Shown one piece after another: positions 48,589 through 58,401 of a stretch of DNA of 64,000 nt. The stretch's first letter is position 1, and each line of letters begins with the position of its first letter. The notes beneath the pieces were generated by a model that saw only the letters and a list, made by a program, of their open reading frames with translations, made no database searches and had not been told where the DNA came from. The position numbers were made by a program, and so were the translations under genes. Source of the DNA: Candidatus Hydrogenedentota bacterium (GTDB lineage Bacteria; Hydrogenedentota; Hydrogenedentia; Hydrogenedentales; SLHB01); the NCBI GenBank assembly GCA_963745075.1, contig CAVUWV010000020.1:64001-128000 (forward strand), in the 5' to 3' direction.

Positions 48589-49677
48589 ATGCGCGTAGGC
48601 GTCAACACGCTGTTCCTCATCCCCCGTGAAGTCGGGGGCACCGAGATCTATGTGCGCAGCGTGTTGCCTGCACTCCAGATCCTCGAACCCGGGCTCGAGA
48701 TCGTCGTATTTACCAACCGGGAAAACCACGAATCCTTCTCTGAATACGAGCACGTGCCCATCGACGTAAATGCCCAATCCCGGATACGGCGGGTGCTGGC
48801 CGAGCAAGTAACGTTGCCGCGGGCGGCCGCGCGCGCGGGGATCGACGTGTTGTACTCGCCGGGATATACCACGCCGCTGTATTCGCCCTGTCCGCAGGTC
48901 GTGACCATTCACGACACGCAGTTCCTCGATTATCCCGGCGACTTTCCTTGGTGGTCGCGCCAGGTCCAGCGCGTGTTGATCGGCCGTGGCGCCTGCGCAG
49001 CGGCTGCGATTTCGACCGTATCCGCGTTTTCCCGGGGACGAATCGTTCACCATTTCAACGTGCCCGAAAAAAAGGTCTTCGTCGCCCATTCGGCGTTGTC
49101 CGGGGTGTTTACCGCGCCGCAGCCTTGTCCAGCCGAAAAACCGTTTCTCCTCTATATCGCCAATACCTATCCCCACAAGAACGCGGCCCGGCTGGTGCGG
49201 GCCTTCGACCGCATTGCCGATAGAATCCCCCATACGCTCGTAATCTGCGGACAGGCGCGCGAAGGTGAACCGCCACCCCATCCCCGGGTGAAGCGCATTC
49301 ACCATATCCCGTACGAAGAGCTAATCGGTCTCGTCCAAGGTGCAGATTTGTTGGTGTTCCCGTCCGAGTACGAAGGATTTGGCCGGCCGGTCGTCGAAGC
49401 GCAGGAAGCCGGAACCCGGGTCATCGCCGCGCGTGCGGCTTCCATTCCTGAGATCGGTGGTGACGGCGCCACCTACTTCGACCCGTCGAATGAAGCCAGC
49501 ATCGCCGCGTCAATCCTCCAGGCGCTCGCGGAACCGAAGGAGACACGGCAGCGGTACATCGATGCCGGGCGGGAAAACGCAAAACGGTTCACCTGGGAAG
49601 CGTGCGCCCGGGAAACTTTGAGGGCGTTCGAGTACGCATTGGCATCTCAGCCGGCGACGGGTTCCGCTTCACGATGA
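48589..49677 (+). CDS. GT4 glycosyltransferase
   Basis: GG.E.Y, VVTIHD, HKN..RL and FPSEYEGFG.P..EA. Confidence 0.92.
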   Translation: MRVGVNTLFLIPREVGGTEIYVRSVLPALQILEPGLEIVVFTNRENHESFSEYEHVPIDVNAQSRIRRVLAEQVTLPRAAARAGIDVLYSPGYTTPLYSPCPQVVTIHDTQFLDYPGDFPWWSRQVQRVLIGRGACAAAAISTVSAFSRGRIVHHFNVPEKKVFVAHSALSGVFTAPQPCPAEKPFLLYIANTYPHKNAARLVRAFDRIADRIPHTLVICGQAREGEPPPHPRVKRIHHIPYEELIGLVQGADLLVFPSEYEGFGRPVVEAQEAGTRVIAARAASIPEIGGDGATYFDPSNEASIAASILQALAEPKETRQRYIDAGRENAKRFTWEACARETLRAFEYALASQPATGSASR

Positions 49678-49696
49678 CGGCCCCCGGCAGGGGTTC

Positions 49697-51634
49697 TCAC
49701 TCCATAAAGTGGTCGACTGCGACGCGCAAGGCCTCGCCAATCGACATGGCGTAGAACGGGCACCCGCGGGGCACGTAGGGTGCGTCGCCATCGGCCATTT
49801 CGCACAGATGCCCGATGCCCGCCTTCTCGAGATGCTCCTCAATGGGTGGCAGGAACCGGGCGCGTGCCGCCTCCCGGGCTTTGTCATCTCCGCCGCGCAC
49901 GCGAATCCACGCGTCGACGAACGGCCCCAAAAGCCACGGCCAAGCCGTACCCTGGTGGCACGCGCCATCGCGGTCCACGACGCCGCCTTCATAGTGGCCG
50001 CGATATCCGGGGTCGGCCGCCGCCAGCGTCCGGATCCCCATCGGCGTGTACAAGTGAGAGTCGACACTATCCACAACGGCACGGGCGGGATCGCCATCGA
50101 GCAGTGGGAACGGCAGCCCTCCAACCGCAAGAATCTGGTTCGGGCGGAACGCTGCATCGGTCGTGCCGGGGCGATGCCCGACATCGACCACGTCGTAGAG
50201 CCGGCCCAAGGCGCCGTTCCAAAATCGCTCGTGGAACGATTCGACCCCTCGCTTGAAAATCACGCCCCATTGGTCGTCACGATCGCTGCCGATGCGGAGC
50301 GCGTTCAGCCACAAGGCCTGCACTTCCACCGGCTTGCCCACCCGGGGCGTCACAACCCAGTCGTCGACCTTGGCGTCCATCCAAGTCAACTGTAGACCCG
50401 GACCGCCCGCGGCGAGCAATCCGTCATCGTCCATGCGGATGCCGTATCGCGTTCCTTCGCAATACGCAGCCAGCACGGAATTTATTGCGTTGCGGATCGT
50501 ATCCCGCTCCTCAGACGTCAAGGGCAGGTTCTTTGCTTCGGCGGCCAACAGGAACTCGTGCGCGGCGACCAAATACCAAAGAGACGCATCGACCGAATTG
50601 AATTCGGGAGGCGCCTCGGGCTCGGGAAAAACGTTCGGCAGCATGCCGCCGTCCAGCGTCGGCGCCCAGGCTAGCAGGATACTTTTGGCTTCCTCCAACC
50701 GCCCGGTGCGTAAGCACAATCCACGAATGGAAACAAAGGTGTCGCGGCTCCATTCCTGGTACCACGGATACCCGGCGACAATCGTATGGCCCGTACCGCG
50801 GCGGACCACGTACGCGTCCGCGGCCTGATGCAAGACGCTGCGGAACGCGTTGCGCCGGTCTCGCTCCGTATTTCGCCAGCGATCGACAAGCGATTCCACG
50901 AGAGATTCGCCGGCGCCGAAAACGTCTTCGTGGCCCTCTGCCGCGACGATCCAGACGGCCTCGCCCCGGCTCATGTCCCACCGGAACGCACCGGGCGACG
51001 CCAGGTCTTCGAGGTAGTCCAATCCCCTCGTCCGCTCTTCTTCGTACATAAACTGCCGGTACCATTCGGGTTCGTGCACGTACTCGCCGTTGGTCCGCGA
51101 CAGAATGGCCGGTTTATCGGGATAGGGGCGCCACACAACCCGGCCTTCCAGCATGGACAAGTCGAAGCGGAAGGCCTCGTTTTCCTGGTGGAGGCGGTGG
51201 TACTCCCGCCCCGAAATATAGGGCCGCACGGAAAGCACGCAGCCGTCGCCCTGGCCCAGGACCCGCCAGGTGAGTATGGCCGCGGAATGGCCGTGGGGCA
51301 CGAACAATTGGTGCTCGATACAGGTGCCGTCGGCCAGCCGGAATTGCCACCGGGGCCACGGGTCCGCGTCAAACTCATCGATGCGATCCCAGGCATGGGG
51401 GTGAACCACGCCAGGGTCGTACACCTGAGACGTCAGCGGAAAGTTGCCTTCCGGCGTGTCCAGCCATGCGTCAAATCCGTTGACCAACGCCAATCGCCCG
51501 GACGGCGGCGAGGTCGCGGTGAGCAACACGGCATGATACCGGCGCGTACGAATCGCGCTAACCGTCCCGGAGGCATACCCGCCGAGTCCATCCGTCTCGA
51601 TCCACTCGTCGTGCGTATTCAACTGCGCGGACAT
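49697..51634 (-). CDS. Glycogen debranching enzyme / amylo-alpha-1,6-glucosidase-like
   Basis: EW.E.DGLGGYAS, TRRYH, AGYPW..W.RDTF, DASLW, LTWMDAK, RPNQ and HQGT.WPWL. AGGAG RBS. Confidence 0.9.
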   Translation of the reverse strand: MSAQLNTHDEWIETDGLGGYASGTVSAIRTRRYHAVLLTATSPPSGRLALVNGFDAWLDTPEGNFPLTSQVYDPGVVHPHAWDRIDEFDADPWPRWQFRLADGTCIEHQLFVPHGHSAAILTWRVLGQGDGCVLSVRPYISGREYHRLHQENEAFRFDLSMLEGRVVWRPYPDKPAILSRTNGEYVHEPEWYRQFMYEEERTRGLDYLEDLASPGAFRWDMSRGEAVWIVAAEGHEDVFGAGESLVESLVDRWRNTERDRRNAFRSVLHQAADAYVVRRGTGHTIVAGYPWYQEWSRDTFVSIRGLCLRTGRLEEAKSILLAWAPTLDGGMLPNVFPEPEAPPEFNSVDASLWYLVAAHEFLLAAEAKNLPLTSEERDTIRNAINSVLAAYCEGTRYGIRMDDDGLLAAGGPGLQLTWMDAKVDDWVVTPRVGKPVEVQALWLNALRIGSDRDDQWGVIFKRGVESFHERFWNGALGRLYDVVDVGHRPGTTDAAFRPNQILAVGGLPFPLLDGDPARAVVDSVDSHLYTPMGIRTLAAADPGYRGHYEGGVVDRDGACHQGTAWPWLLGPFVDAWIRVRGGDDKAREAARARFLPPIEEHLEKAGIGHLCEMADGDAPYVPRGCPFYAMSIGEALRVAVDHFME

Positions 51635-51937
51635 GGCATCTCCTACCATCGAGGCCGCGGTGCAGTTCGGTTGCCCGGAGTCGCGCCACCGGCCGTCTTC
51701 TACGTATTCACCTGGAAAAACAACAACGGTCGATTTAGGTACGTTAAATCGATTTCCGGGAAGTGACATTGCGGAAAATCGCACTTCGGACGGAATCGAA
51801 CGCCACAGCAAAGGGTGCGGGCGGGTGCTTACCCATAATTCTCACATGCACGAACGGTTTTTCTCGGGAGCATTTCTCACCACACCCAAGGCGCCGATCG
51901 GCAAGACGGCCGCGTTCGAAGCGGTGAGAAATGCGGA

Positions 51938-52393
51938 CTACCGGCTCATGGTCGAGTGCGTGTCGCTGTCGCGCGTGATCTGTTTGAAATACACGATCTC
52001 CGGATCTTCCTCGTCCAGGTTCTCGATATTTCCACTGCGGATAAACCCCAATGCCTCGCACAACCGTTGCATCTCGACGTTCGATTCGTTGGTCGACGTG
52101 AACAGCTTGTCCGTGGGCGCAATCTGTTCCGCATGCTCGACCAGGGCGGACGCAACGCCTTCCCGGCGGTGCCCCGGGTGAACGATGAGAAAGGAAATAA
52201 ACGCGTGACCGTAGAAGGTCTCCTCAATAACCATAAACCCCGCGGGTTCTCCGTTTACCGACGCCTTGTAACAATGACCGGAAGCGATGGCGCCGGAGAG
52301 GAAACTGCGCCGTTCGCTACTACCAATGACGAGCCGGTCGATAGCGCATAGCGCGTTCAGATCTGAGTCGCGAGCTTCGTCAACGTCTACCAT
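51938..52393 (-). CDS. GNAT acetyltransferase
   Basis: V.PGHRREGVA..L and FTSTNESN..MQ.L...LGF. Probably leaderless. Confidence 0.85.
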   Translation of the reverse strand: MVDVDEARDSDLNALCAIDRLVIGSSERRSFLSGAIASGHCYKASVNGEPAGFMVIEETFYGHAFISFLIVHPGHRREGVASALVEHAEQIAPTDKLFTSTNESNVEMQRLCEALGFIRSGNIENLDEEDPEIVYFKQITRDSDTHSTMSR

Positions 52394-52472
52394 GCATATA
52401 GTGTAACCCCAACGGGCGGTTGAATCCAAGGGGAAAGTCCCGCATTTCCAAGCCATATGGTATAATTTCGCC

Positions 52473-53750
52473 ATGAAAATGATGCGTTCATTCCTGGCAT
52501 GTGCCGGGAAGGCTATCCCGCTTCTTCGGTCTTCCGCCCACCCTCTCCCGGACCAAAAAAGAGAACGCAGCGCTCGAATGTTAACCCGGTCCATCGCGGC
52601 ATCCTGCGGCGCGCTTACCGTCCTGGCGGCTACCCTGCTTTCCCACGCTCCAGAGACGGTGGAGCGGTTCTATTCGGAAGGTTTGGGACCTTTGATCAGC
52701 CGCGCGGTGACGGCCGTTTCGAGCCGCCTCCCCATCAGCACGGTCGAACTGGTCATCCTGTGTTTCGCGCTGTGGCTGGTCGTTCCCGGGCTTATCGCCT
52801 TGGCGGATGTGGCGAAGAGCCGGCGGAGATTATTCAATGCGATCGTATGTGGCGCGTTCCGCAGCGCAGCGACGGCGGGCGTCATTGTCACTGCGTTTTA
52901 CCTCCTGTGGGGGTTCAACTACTCGCGCCCGGCATTGCAGTATCGAATGGGCTGGAAACCGATACAACATGCGCCGAAGGAACAGCGGTGGAACGCATCC
53001 GAAGATCGCGAACTTGTTCGGCTCTGCCGTGAACTGGTGAACATCACCAACTTCTGCTACGTAGAAGCTACCGGAACGAGCGATATGGGTGTACCGAGCA
53101 TGCCCCGGGAACCGCTGGCCTCCATGGACCGAGAGTTGGACCAGGCTTTCGTGCGGGTGACGTACGATCTGGGGCTCCATCCCTCCTTTGCGGAATCGCG
53201 CGGACCGGCCAAGCCCATTCTAACGTCGGGCATCATGAGCGCACTGGGTATCGCCGGTTTCTACTTTCCCTACACCGGGGAGGCTAACTTCAATAGCCAA
53301 GCACCCCTGTGCCAGCGGCCGCACACGATTGCCCATGAAAAGGCGCATCAACGCGGGATTACCGGCGAAGATGAGGCGAATTTCCTGGGCTTTCTCGCCT
53401 GCGTACAGAGCGACGATGCGTACACGCGATATTCCGGCTACCTCTTCGCACAACGGCAACTCCTTACGGAACTGGTCCTGCGCGACCGCGAAACGGCTGC
53501 CGCCCTGTTAAACCGGCGACTGCCGGGCGTCCAACGCGATGTCGATTGGATTCGAACTTTCTGGGACGAATACCGCGGCGCGCCACGGTCGGTCAGTCTC
53601 GCCCTGAACAACGCCTACCTGAAAGCCAACCACGTCGAAGGGGGGCTGCGGTCGTATCGGATGAGCGCGCAGCTCCTGATCCTCTTCGCCCGCCACCGAG
53701 GCGGAACGTGTCTGGTCCCGCCGGGCAAGGTTGCATCGTCCGCGGCCTGA
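52473..53750 (+). CDS. DUF3810-like membrane protein with HExxH zinc-peptidase motif
   Basis: TM helices, WGFNYSR, G.YFPYTGEAN.N and AHEKAHQRG..EDEANF. Extended -10 TGGTATAAT 6 nt before the ATG. Confidence 0.85.
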   Translation: MKMMRSFLACAGKAIPLLRSSAHPLPDQKRERSARMLTRSIAASCGALTVLAATLLSHAPETVERFYSEGLGPLISRAVTAVSSRLPISTVELVILCFALWLVVPGLIALADVAKSRRRLFNAIVCGAFRSAATAGVIVTAFYLLWGFNYSRPALQYRMGWKPIQHAPKEQRWNASEDRELVRLCRELVNITNFCYVEATGTSDMGVPSMPREPLASMDRELDQAFVRVTYDLGLHPSFAESRGPAKPILTSGIMSALGIAGFYFPYTGEANFNSQAPLCQRPHTIAHEKAHQRGITGEDEANFLGFLACVQSDDAYTRYSGYLFAQRQLLTELVLRDRETAAALLNRRLPGVQRDVDWIRTFWDEYRGAPRSVSLALNNAYLKANHVEGGLRSYRMSAQLLILFARHRGGTCLVPPGKVASSAA

Positions 53751-54142
53751 CGGGTCACATTCCTCGCTGCACCGCACTGGCCCGCTCTTCGGAGACGTAC
53801 GACCGCTTGGAATGCGTTCTCCGGTTGCTTGAGTCTTTCTTCCAGCCGCGTAGCGCGTCGTCTGGCAAACGCCGATCAAGCGTACGGCCGTGTCCGCAGC
53901 GGAACGGACACGGCCATTCATCAGAGGAGGGGGATCCTCGGGAAGGGTATATCGAGTAGAACGCAACTTCTTGCCGTCGAGCGCCTCTCTGCGTTCTGCT
54001 AAGAATACAATCTGCAGCGGCGGTTGTTACGCCCGGTGCGAGCTGAGCGCACGATTACAGACTAACCGCTTTATTGCCAATCCTTAATCAAGACCTAACA
54101 CGACAGCCCCATACTCGGCAGCAACATAGACGCCATTCCTCA

Positions 54143-54215
54143 CGGGCTTTCGTGACTGCAAATCCGCCACATCCAATTGCTCCGACCAAGTCACGAAAGC
54201 CCGCTTCCTTTTGTT
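54143..54215. repeat. 15-bp perfect inverted repeat, possible terminator or operator
   Basis: CGGGCTTTCGTGACT (54143-54157) and AGTCACGAAAGCCCG (54189-54203), followed by CTTCCTTTTGTT. Confidence 0.55.
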
Positions 54216-54331
54216 CGCGACAATCGGCACGGTTCGGCGCTGGCAGGGTTCGATTGCGGGACCATCGAGTGGCGATCGGCGGTGGGCGATGAGGCTCGCG
54301 AGGAATCGCGCCCCAGGAATCTGCGCGGGAA

Positions 54332-55720
54332 CTATTCGAGTCCGTACTTTCGAATCTTGTATTGCAGGGTCGTTCGTTTCAGTCCAAGGTGTTCGGCGGC
54401 CTTGGTCTTGTTCCAATGGAACCGATCGAGCGCCGCGGCAATCATCTGACTCTCCAGTTGGTCGGTGCGCTGGGCGAGCGACGCCGCCTCGGGGATCGTG
54501 CTCTGCGCCGGTTCCGGCTCTTCCTGCATGAAGAACATTTCCGGCGGGATCTCGGCGCGCGTGATCGTATCGCTTTCGGCAAGCACGACGGCCCGTTCCA
54601 GTACGTTTTCCAGTTCACGGACGTTGCCCGGCCACGGGTACCGCATGAAGAAGCTAAGCACGTCGTCCTCGACCGACGACACTTCTTTCCCCTGTTCCCG
54701 GCTGAACCGCTGCAAGAACAGATCGAGGAGCGCGGGTATGTCGTCGGGCCGATTGCGCAATGGCTCGACATTGAGCGAGAAAACGTTTAACCGGTAGTAG
54801 AAATCTTCCCGGAAAGTGCCGGCCAGAATCGCCTCGCGGAGATCCCGGTTCGTCGCAGCGACGATACGAACGTCAACCTTGACAGGCATCACCCCACCGA
54901 CGCGCTCGAACTCCCCTTCCTGCAAAACGCGTAACAGTTTGGTCTGGATATTCGGGTCGATCTCGCCGACCTCGTCCAGGAAAAGAGTGCCGGTATGGGC
55001 CCGTTCGAAGCGCCCGATACGCTGCCGATCCGCGCCGGTGAACGCACCGCGCTCGTGTCCGAACAGTTCACTTTCAAGAACGCCCGGCGCCAGCGCGGCG
55101 CAGTTCAGCGCGACGAAGGGAAGGTCTTTTCGTGGGCTGGCGTCATGAATGGCCCGCGCCACCAATTCCTTCCCGGTGCCGCTGGGCCCGGTAATCAGGA
55201 CCGAACTCCGGCTGGGCCCGATCTTCTGAATCATCTTCAGCAATTGACGGGTCTGGCCACTGTCGCCGACCATGCGACGTTCGTCCGGACCACCGACGTG
55301 ACGTTTCTGCGGCCGGGGACTACCCGTGATCTTTTCCACCTTCAGCTCGATTTCTTTGAGCTTGAAAGGCTTCGCAATGAAGTCGCGCGCCCCGAGCCGC
55401 ATGGCTTCCACGGCGGTTTCGATGGTTCCGTAGGCCGTCAACATGATGACCGGGCTGTCAAAGGCCGACGCGCGGGCAGCGCGGAGCACAGCGATCCCGT
55501 CCTTCTCGGGCATTTTCAAGTCCGTGATGACGACATCGAAAGCTTGTTTTTCGAGGAGTTCGATCGCCTTGGCGCCGTTCGACACCGCCGTAACGGTGAA
55601 CTTGTCTTTGAACGCCTCCGAGAGAATGTCGCGGATGCCGGCTTCGTCGTCGACAACCAGCATAATCGGTTTTTGTGACTGCGATTCCACGCCAACCTTT
55701 CCTCGGTTTCCCATTGCCAT
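54332..55720 (-). CDS. Sigma54-dependent response regulator (NtrC/AtoC family)
   Basis: REC domain, GPSGTGKE, ESELFGHERGAFTGA, FLDEVGE, WPGNVRELEN and a Fis-type HTH. Confidence 0.95.
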   Translation of the reverse strand: MAMGNRGKVGVESQSQKPIMLVVDDEAGIRDILSEAFKDKFTVTAVSNGAKAIELLEKQAFDVVITDLKMPEKDGIAVLRAARASAFDSPVIMLTAYGTIETAVEAMRLGARDFIAKPFKLKEIELKVEKITGSPRPQKRHVGGPDERRMVGDSGQTRQLLKMIQKIGPSRSSVLITGPSGTGKELVARAIHDASPRKDLPFVALNCAALAPGVLESELFGHERGAFTGADRQRIGRFERAHTGTLFLDEVGEIDPNIQTKLLRVLQEGEFERVGGVMPVKVDVRIVAATNRDLREAILAGTFREDFYYRLNVFSLNVEPLRNRPDDIPALLDLFLQRFSREQGKEVSSVEDDVLSFFMRYPWPGNVRELENVLERAVVLAESDTITRAEIPPEMFFMQEEPEPAQSTIPEAASLAQRTDQLESQMIAAALDRFHWNKTKAAEHLGLKRTTLQYKIRKYGLE

Positions 55721-55815
55721 TCAAGACTCTACCACCCGCCAGCAAGAGCGTCAAACCGCCCCGCCAATCTGGCCGTTGGGTACGATCACTATCGTCGAAT
55801 AGATTCTTGAAGGCG

Positions 55816-56136
55816 TCAAGCATTCTCTCCGTCCGATGCGCCGCCGCCATCGCCGAAGAGTGCGTCCAGTTTCTCTCGGGCCGAGGACGCTTCACCCTGG
55901 TCTTGCGCGTCGGACTGAGCGTCGCGAAACACAAACTCGTCGCAGAAGTTCGCGCCCGCCTTGTCGCCTACCCAATCTGTCGTCGGAATGGCGCACTGAT
56001 TGTGCAGCTTGGGCTCGTAGAATCGGCAGTTCAGACAGCAGTGCAAGTACGCGGAGCACTTCTCGCAATACTCCTTGACGCCGGGTGTCTTCTTCTCGCT
56101 CACCCACGGTTGCCCGCAACGGTGACACAATCTCAT
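55816..56136 (-). CDS. Small Cys-rich putative metal-binding protein
   Basis: CHRC, CEKC, CLNC.FY, C and NFC.EF, plus AREKLDALF. GGGGGAGG RBS. Confidence 0.75.
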   Translation of the reverse strand: MRLCHRCGQPWVSEKKTPGVKEYCEKCSAYLHCCLNCRFYEPKLHNQCAIPTTDWVGDKAGANFCDEFVFRDAQSDAQDQGEASSAREKLDALFGDGGGASDGENA

Positions 56137-56229
56137 CGCGGTGCCCTCCCCCGCCATTGCAAATCCGGACCTCGTCAAAGCCTATGACGGGGACGGCTCC
56201 CCTGTCAACGCCCTCCCTCGTGCGGCATT

Positions 56230-57249
56230 TCATCGCATCCGGATTCCGGTGCTTGGACTGTGCCGTCCAATCGGATAGAATAAGGCCTTGGACCAACCTG
56301 AAAAGACGGAGGGGTAGATGGTCGATCCCGAACTGCTCAGCATCCTGGTATGCCCCGAAAACAAGACGCCGGTGGCCGAGGCAGACGCCGATCTGCTGGC
56401 CAAGGCCAACGCCGCCATCGAGGCCGGTACCTTGAAGAACCGCGCCGGCGAGAAAGTCGAAGAGCGAATCGACGGCGGGCTGATCCGGGAAGACCGGCAA
56501 TTCATGTATCCGGTGCGTGACGATATTCCCATCATGCTCATCGACGAGGCGATACCCCTCGACCAATTGTAGGGAGCGGCGACGCGTCCGGCAAGGAGAA
56601 GCGTTGTCCCGCTACCGTACGACGCGGCGGCGCGAAGACCTTCCAGCTTCGCAATGAATGCGGTCGCGCGCTCTTGCATTTCCGAGGCCAAATCGTCCGC
56701 CCGGCGGCTGAACCAACTATATCCCGCGACCGCGGGTATGGCCACGCACAGCCCCGTCACCGTCGTCACGAGCGCTTTGGATATTCCTTCGGAGAGTACC
56801 TGTGGATTTCCCAGCCCTTGCGATGTAATCGCGTTGAATACGGCGATCATGCCCAGCACCGTTCCCAGCAATCCGAGCAAAGGGCTCACGCCGGCGATGA
56901 TTTCCAGGAGCGTGAGACCCCGTTCCAGGGTATTCATCTGATTGCGGCCGGTGGCGTGCATTCCTTCGACGATCTGGGTGTGGTCGAGATGGCGGGATTT
57001 GATGATCTCCTCGATGATTCGGGCGAAGGGGCCGCGCGCGCGGCGGCATGTCTGAATCGCCTCATCGTCGGCAGTGCTGCCCGAATACTGCTCGACCAGG
57101 CGGAGAATGGCCGGGTCGATAACGGAGGTCCGGCGCAGCGCGATGGCGCGTTCGATGATTATGGCCAGTCCCAGCAGGGAACAAATCCCCAGTGGAACCA
57201 TGGTCCACCCCCCTTGTTGAATCATGTGAAACGTCTCAAACACCGGCAT
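56230..57249 (-). CDS. MotA/TolQ/ExbB proton-channel protein (homology ends ~56640; the ORF runs on antisense to the Trm112 gene)
   Basis: GGWTM.PL, IIER, PLLGLLGTVLGMI..F and GIS.AL.TT..GL.VAIP. Confidence 0.85.
   Translation of the reverse strand: MPVFETFHMIQQGGWTMVPLGICSLLGLAIIIERAIALRRTSVIDPAILRLVEQYSGSTADDEAIQTCRRARGPFARIIEEIIKSRHLDHTQIVEGMHATGRNQMNTLERGLTLLEIIAGVSPLLGLLGTVLGMIAVFNAITSQGLGNPQVLSEGISKALVTTVTGLCVAIPAVAGYSWFSRRADDLASEMQERATAFIAKLEGLRAAASYGSGTTLLLAGRVAAPYNWSRGIASSMSMMGISSRTGYMNCRSSRISPPSIRSSTFSPARFFKVPASMAALALASRSASASATGVLFSGHTRMLSSSGSTIYPSVFSGWSKALFYPIGRHSPSTGIRMR
56318..56572 (+). CDS. Trm112-like (YcaR-like) protein
   Basis: LL.IL.CPE.K and YPVRDDIPIMLIDEA. GGAGG RBS. 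Confidence 0.88.
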   Translation: MVDPELLSILVCPENKTPVAEADADLLAKANAAIEAGTLKNRAGEKVEERIDGGLIREDRQFMYPVRDDIPIMLIDEAIPLDQL

Positions 57250-57328
57250 ACACTCCCGTGATTACCCATCCCGCCCGTTCCCAACGCAGCGACTACAAAT
57301 GAACGCGTAGACTACCCGTGCGGGGCGC

Positions 57329-58249
57329 CTAAAGAAAACTAAACGTCCATCGAATTTCCAGATTCTTGTCGCGATACACCTCGGGCACCTTGAAGGGAAA
57401 CGGCGGAAAGGGCCCCGCCTCCTCGATCGCCTCTTTACACAACCCTGCGTAGGAAGCGCTGTCGCCGGCTTCAACCACGTGGACGTGCACCAGCCGCCCA
57501 CTCGAGTCTATCGCACAGTCGACGACGGCCTTCGTGGTCGATGAACCGGAATAGCGGAGCTGAATCAGCGCCTTCCAGCGGCGCTCCACACGATTTCGCA
57601 CCTCCCGAAGATACGGGGCGAAGTCGCTTTCCATAGCCTCGAAGCTTAAGAACCCCTCTCCTTTCACGCCGCCATCCACGCGGCCGCGCGTCTGCCCTTC
57701 CTCGGCGGGCGCGTCGCTGGGTTCGGCCTTGGCCATCTGGATCCGCTCCGGCTCCGTTTGCTCCGGCGCCGCCTCCGGCTTGGGAGGGGACGGCTCCTTG
57801 ATCGCCTGCACCGCCTGTTTCGGCGGCGTTGGCTTGTCCGGCTCAGGTTCTAAGACCCTGTTTTGCGGAGCGGGTTGGCGAGGTTGATCGGCGGGGGCCG
57901 GAGGCTTTGGGGACGGTTTTGGCGTCCGCATCTCGTCGGATTCCGACGGGGTCGGCACGTAGGGGGCCGGTCGCGTACCTTCCACGTCCGACTGGTCTTG
58001 CGCCTTCGAGGCGCGCTCGGAAATAAGGTCCGTCGCCGGATTGACCGGCGTGTCGGCCGGTGCGCCACTTTCGATCAGACGCTGGGGTTTGTCGGGCTCC
58101 TTGAAGGTCAGGACCAGCGGCTGCTCGTCGACGGTCGCCGCGCCGATACCCGTGGTGTTTTTGGGGCATCCCGACGGAGCGGCAAGGAGCACAAGATGGA
58201 CGACAAGGGCCGCCATCACACATCGCATCATCCGCTTTCGATATTCCAT
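57329..58249 (-). CDS. TonB/TolA-like energy transducer
   Basis: N-terminal TM with His, Pro-rich linker, and C-terminal Y...V...V...W and AI..AGPFPPFP. Confidence 0.85.
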   Translation of the reverse strand: MEYRKRMMRCVMAALVVHLVLLAAPSGCPKNTTGIGAATVDEQPLVLTFKEPDKPQRLIESGAPADTPVNPATDLISERASKAQDQSDVEGTRPAPYVPTPSESDEMRTPKPSPKPPAPADQPRQPAPQNRVLEPEPDKPTPPKQAVQAIKEPSPPKPEAAPEQTEPERIQMAKAEPSDAPAEEGQTRGRVDGGVKGEGFLSFEAMESDFAPYLREVRNRVERRWKALIQLRYSGSSTTKAVVDCAIDSSGRLVHVHVVEAGDSASYAGLCKEAIEEAGPFPPFPFKVPEVYRDKNLEIRWTFSFL

Positions 58250-58401
58250 ACTCGTGCACCTGCTGGTTCCCCGCCATTGTATCAAATGGAACTGGAGGAC
58301 CCCATCGTACAAGCGTGCCTTGTCAGAAGGTAATTCGTTGGATATACTTCTGGTCTATGTTTGTTCATCCAGGTTTATTGTCATGTGGGAGGGGGCTGTA
58401 A

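Noticed and set aside
53864..53915. c-di-GMP-I riboswitch suggested by GGCAAAC
   Set aside because: It lacks the GNRA-capped P2 and the GCAAAG/P3 elements, and there is no downstream same-strand gene.
54225..54258. Sigma54 promoter near the NtrC-type gene (TGGCAG...TTGC)
   Set aside because: The GG-to-GC spacing is 12 nt rather than the required 10.
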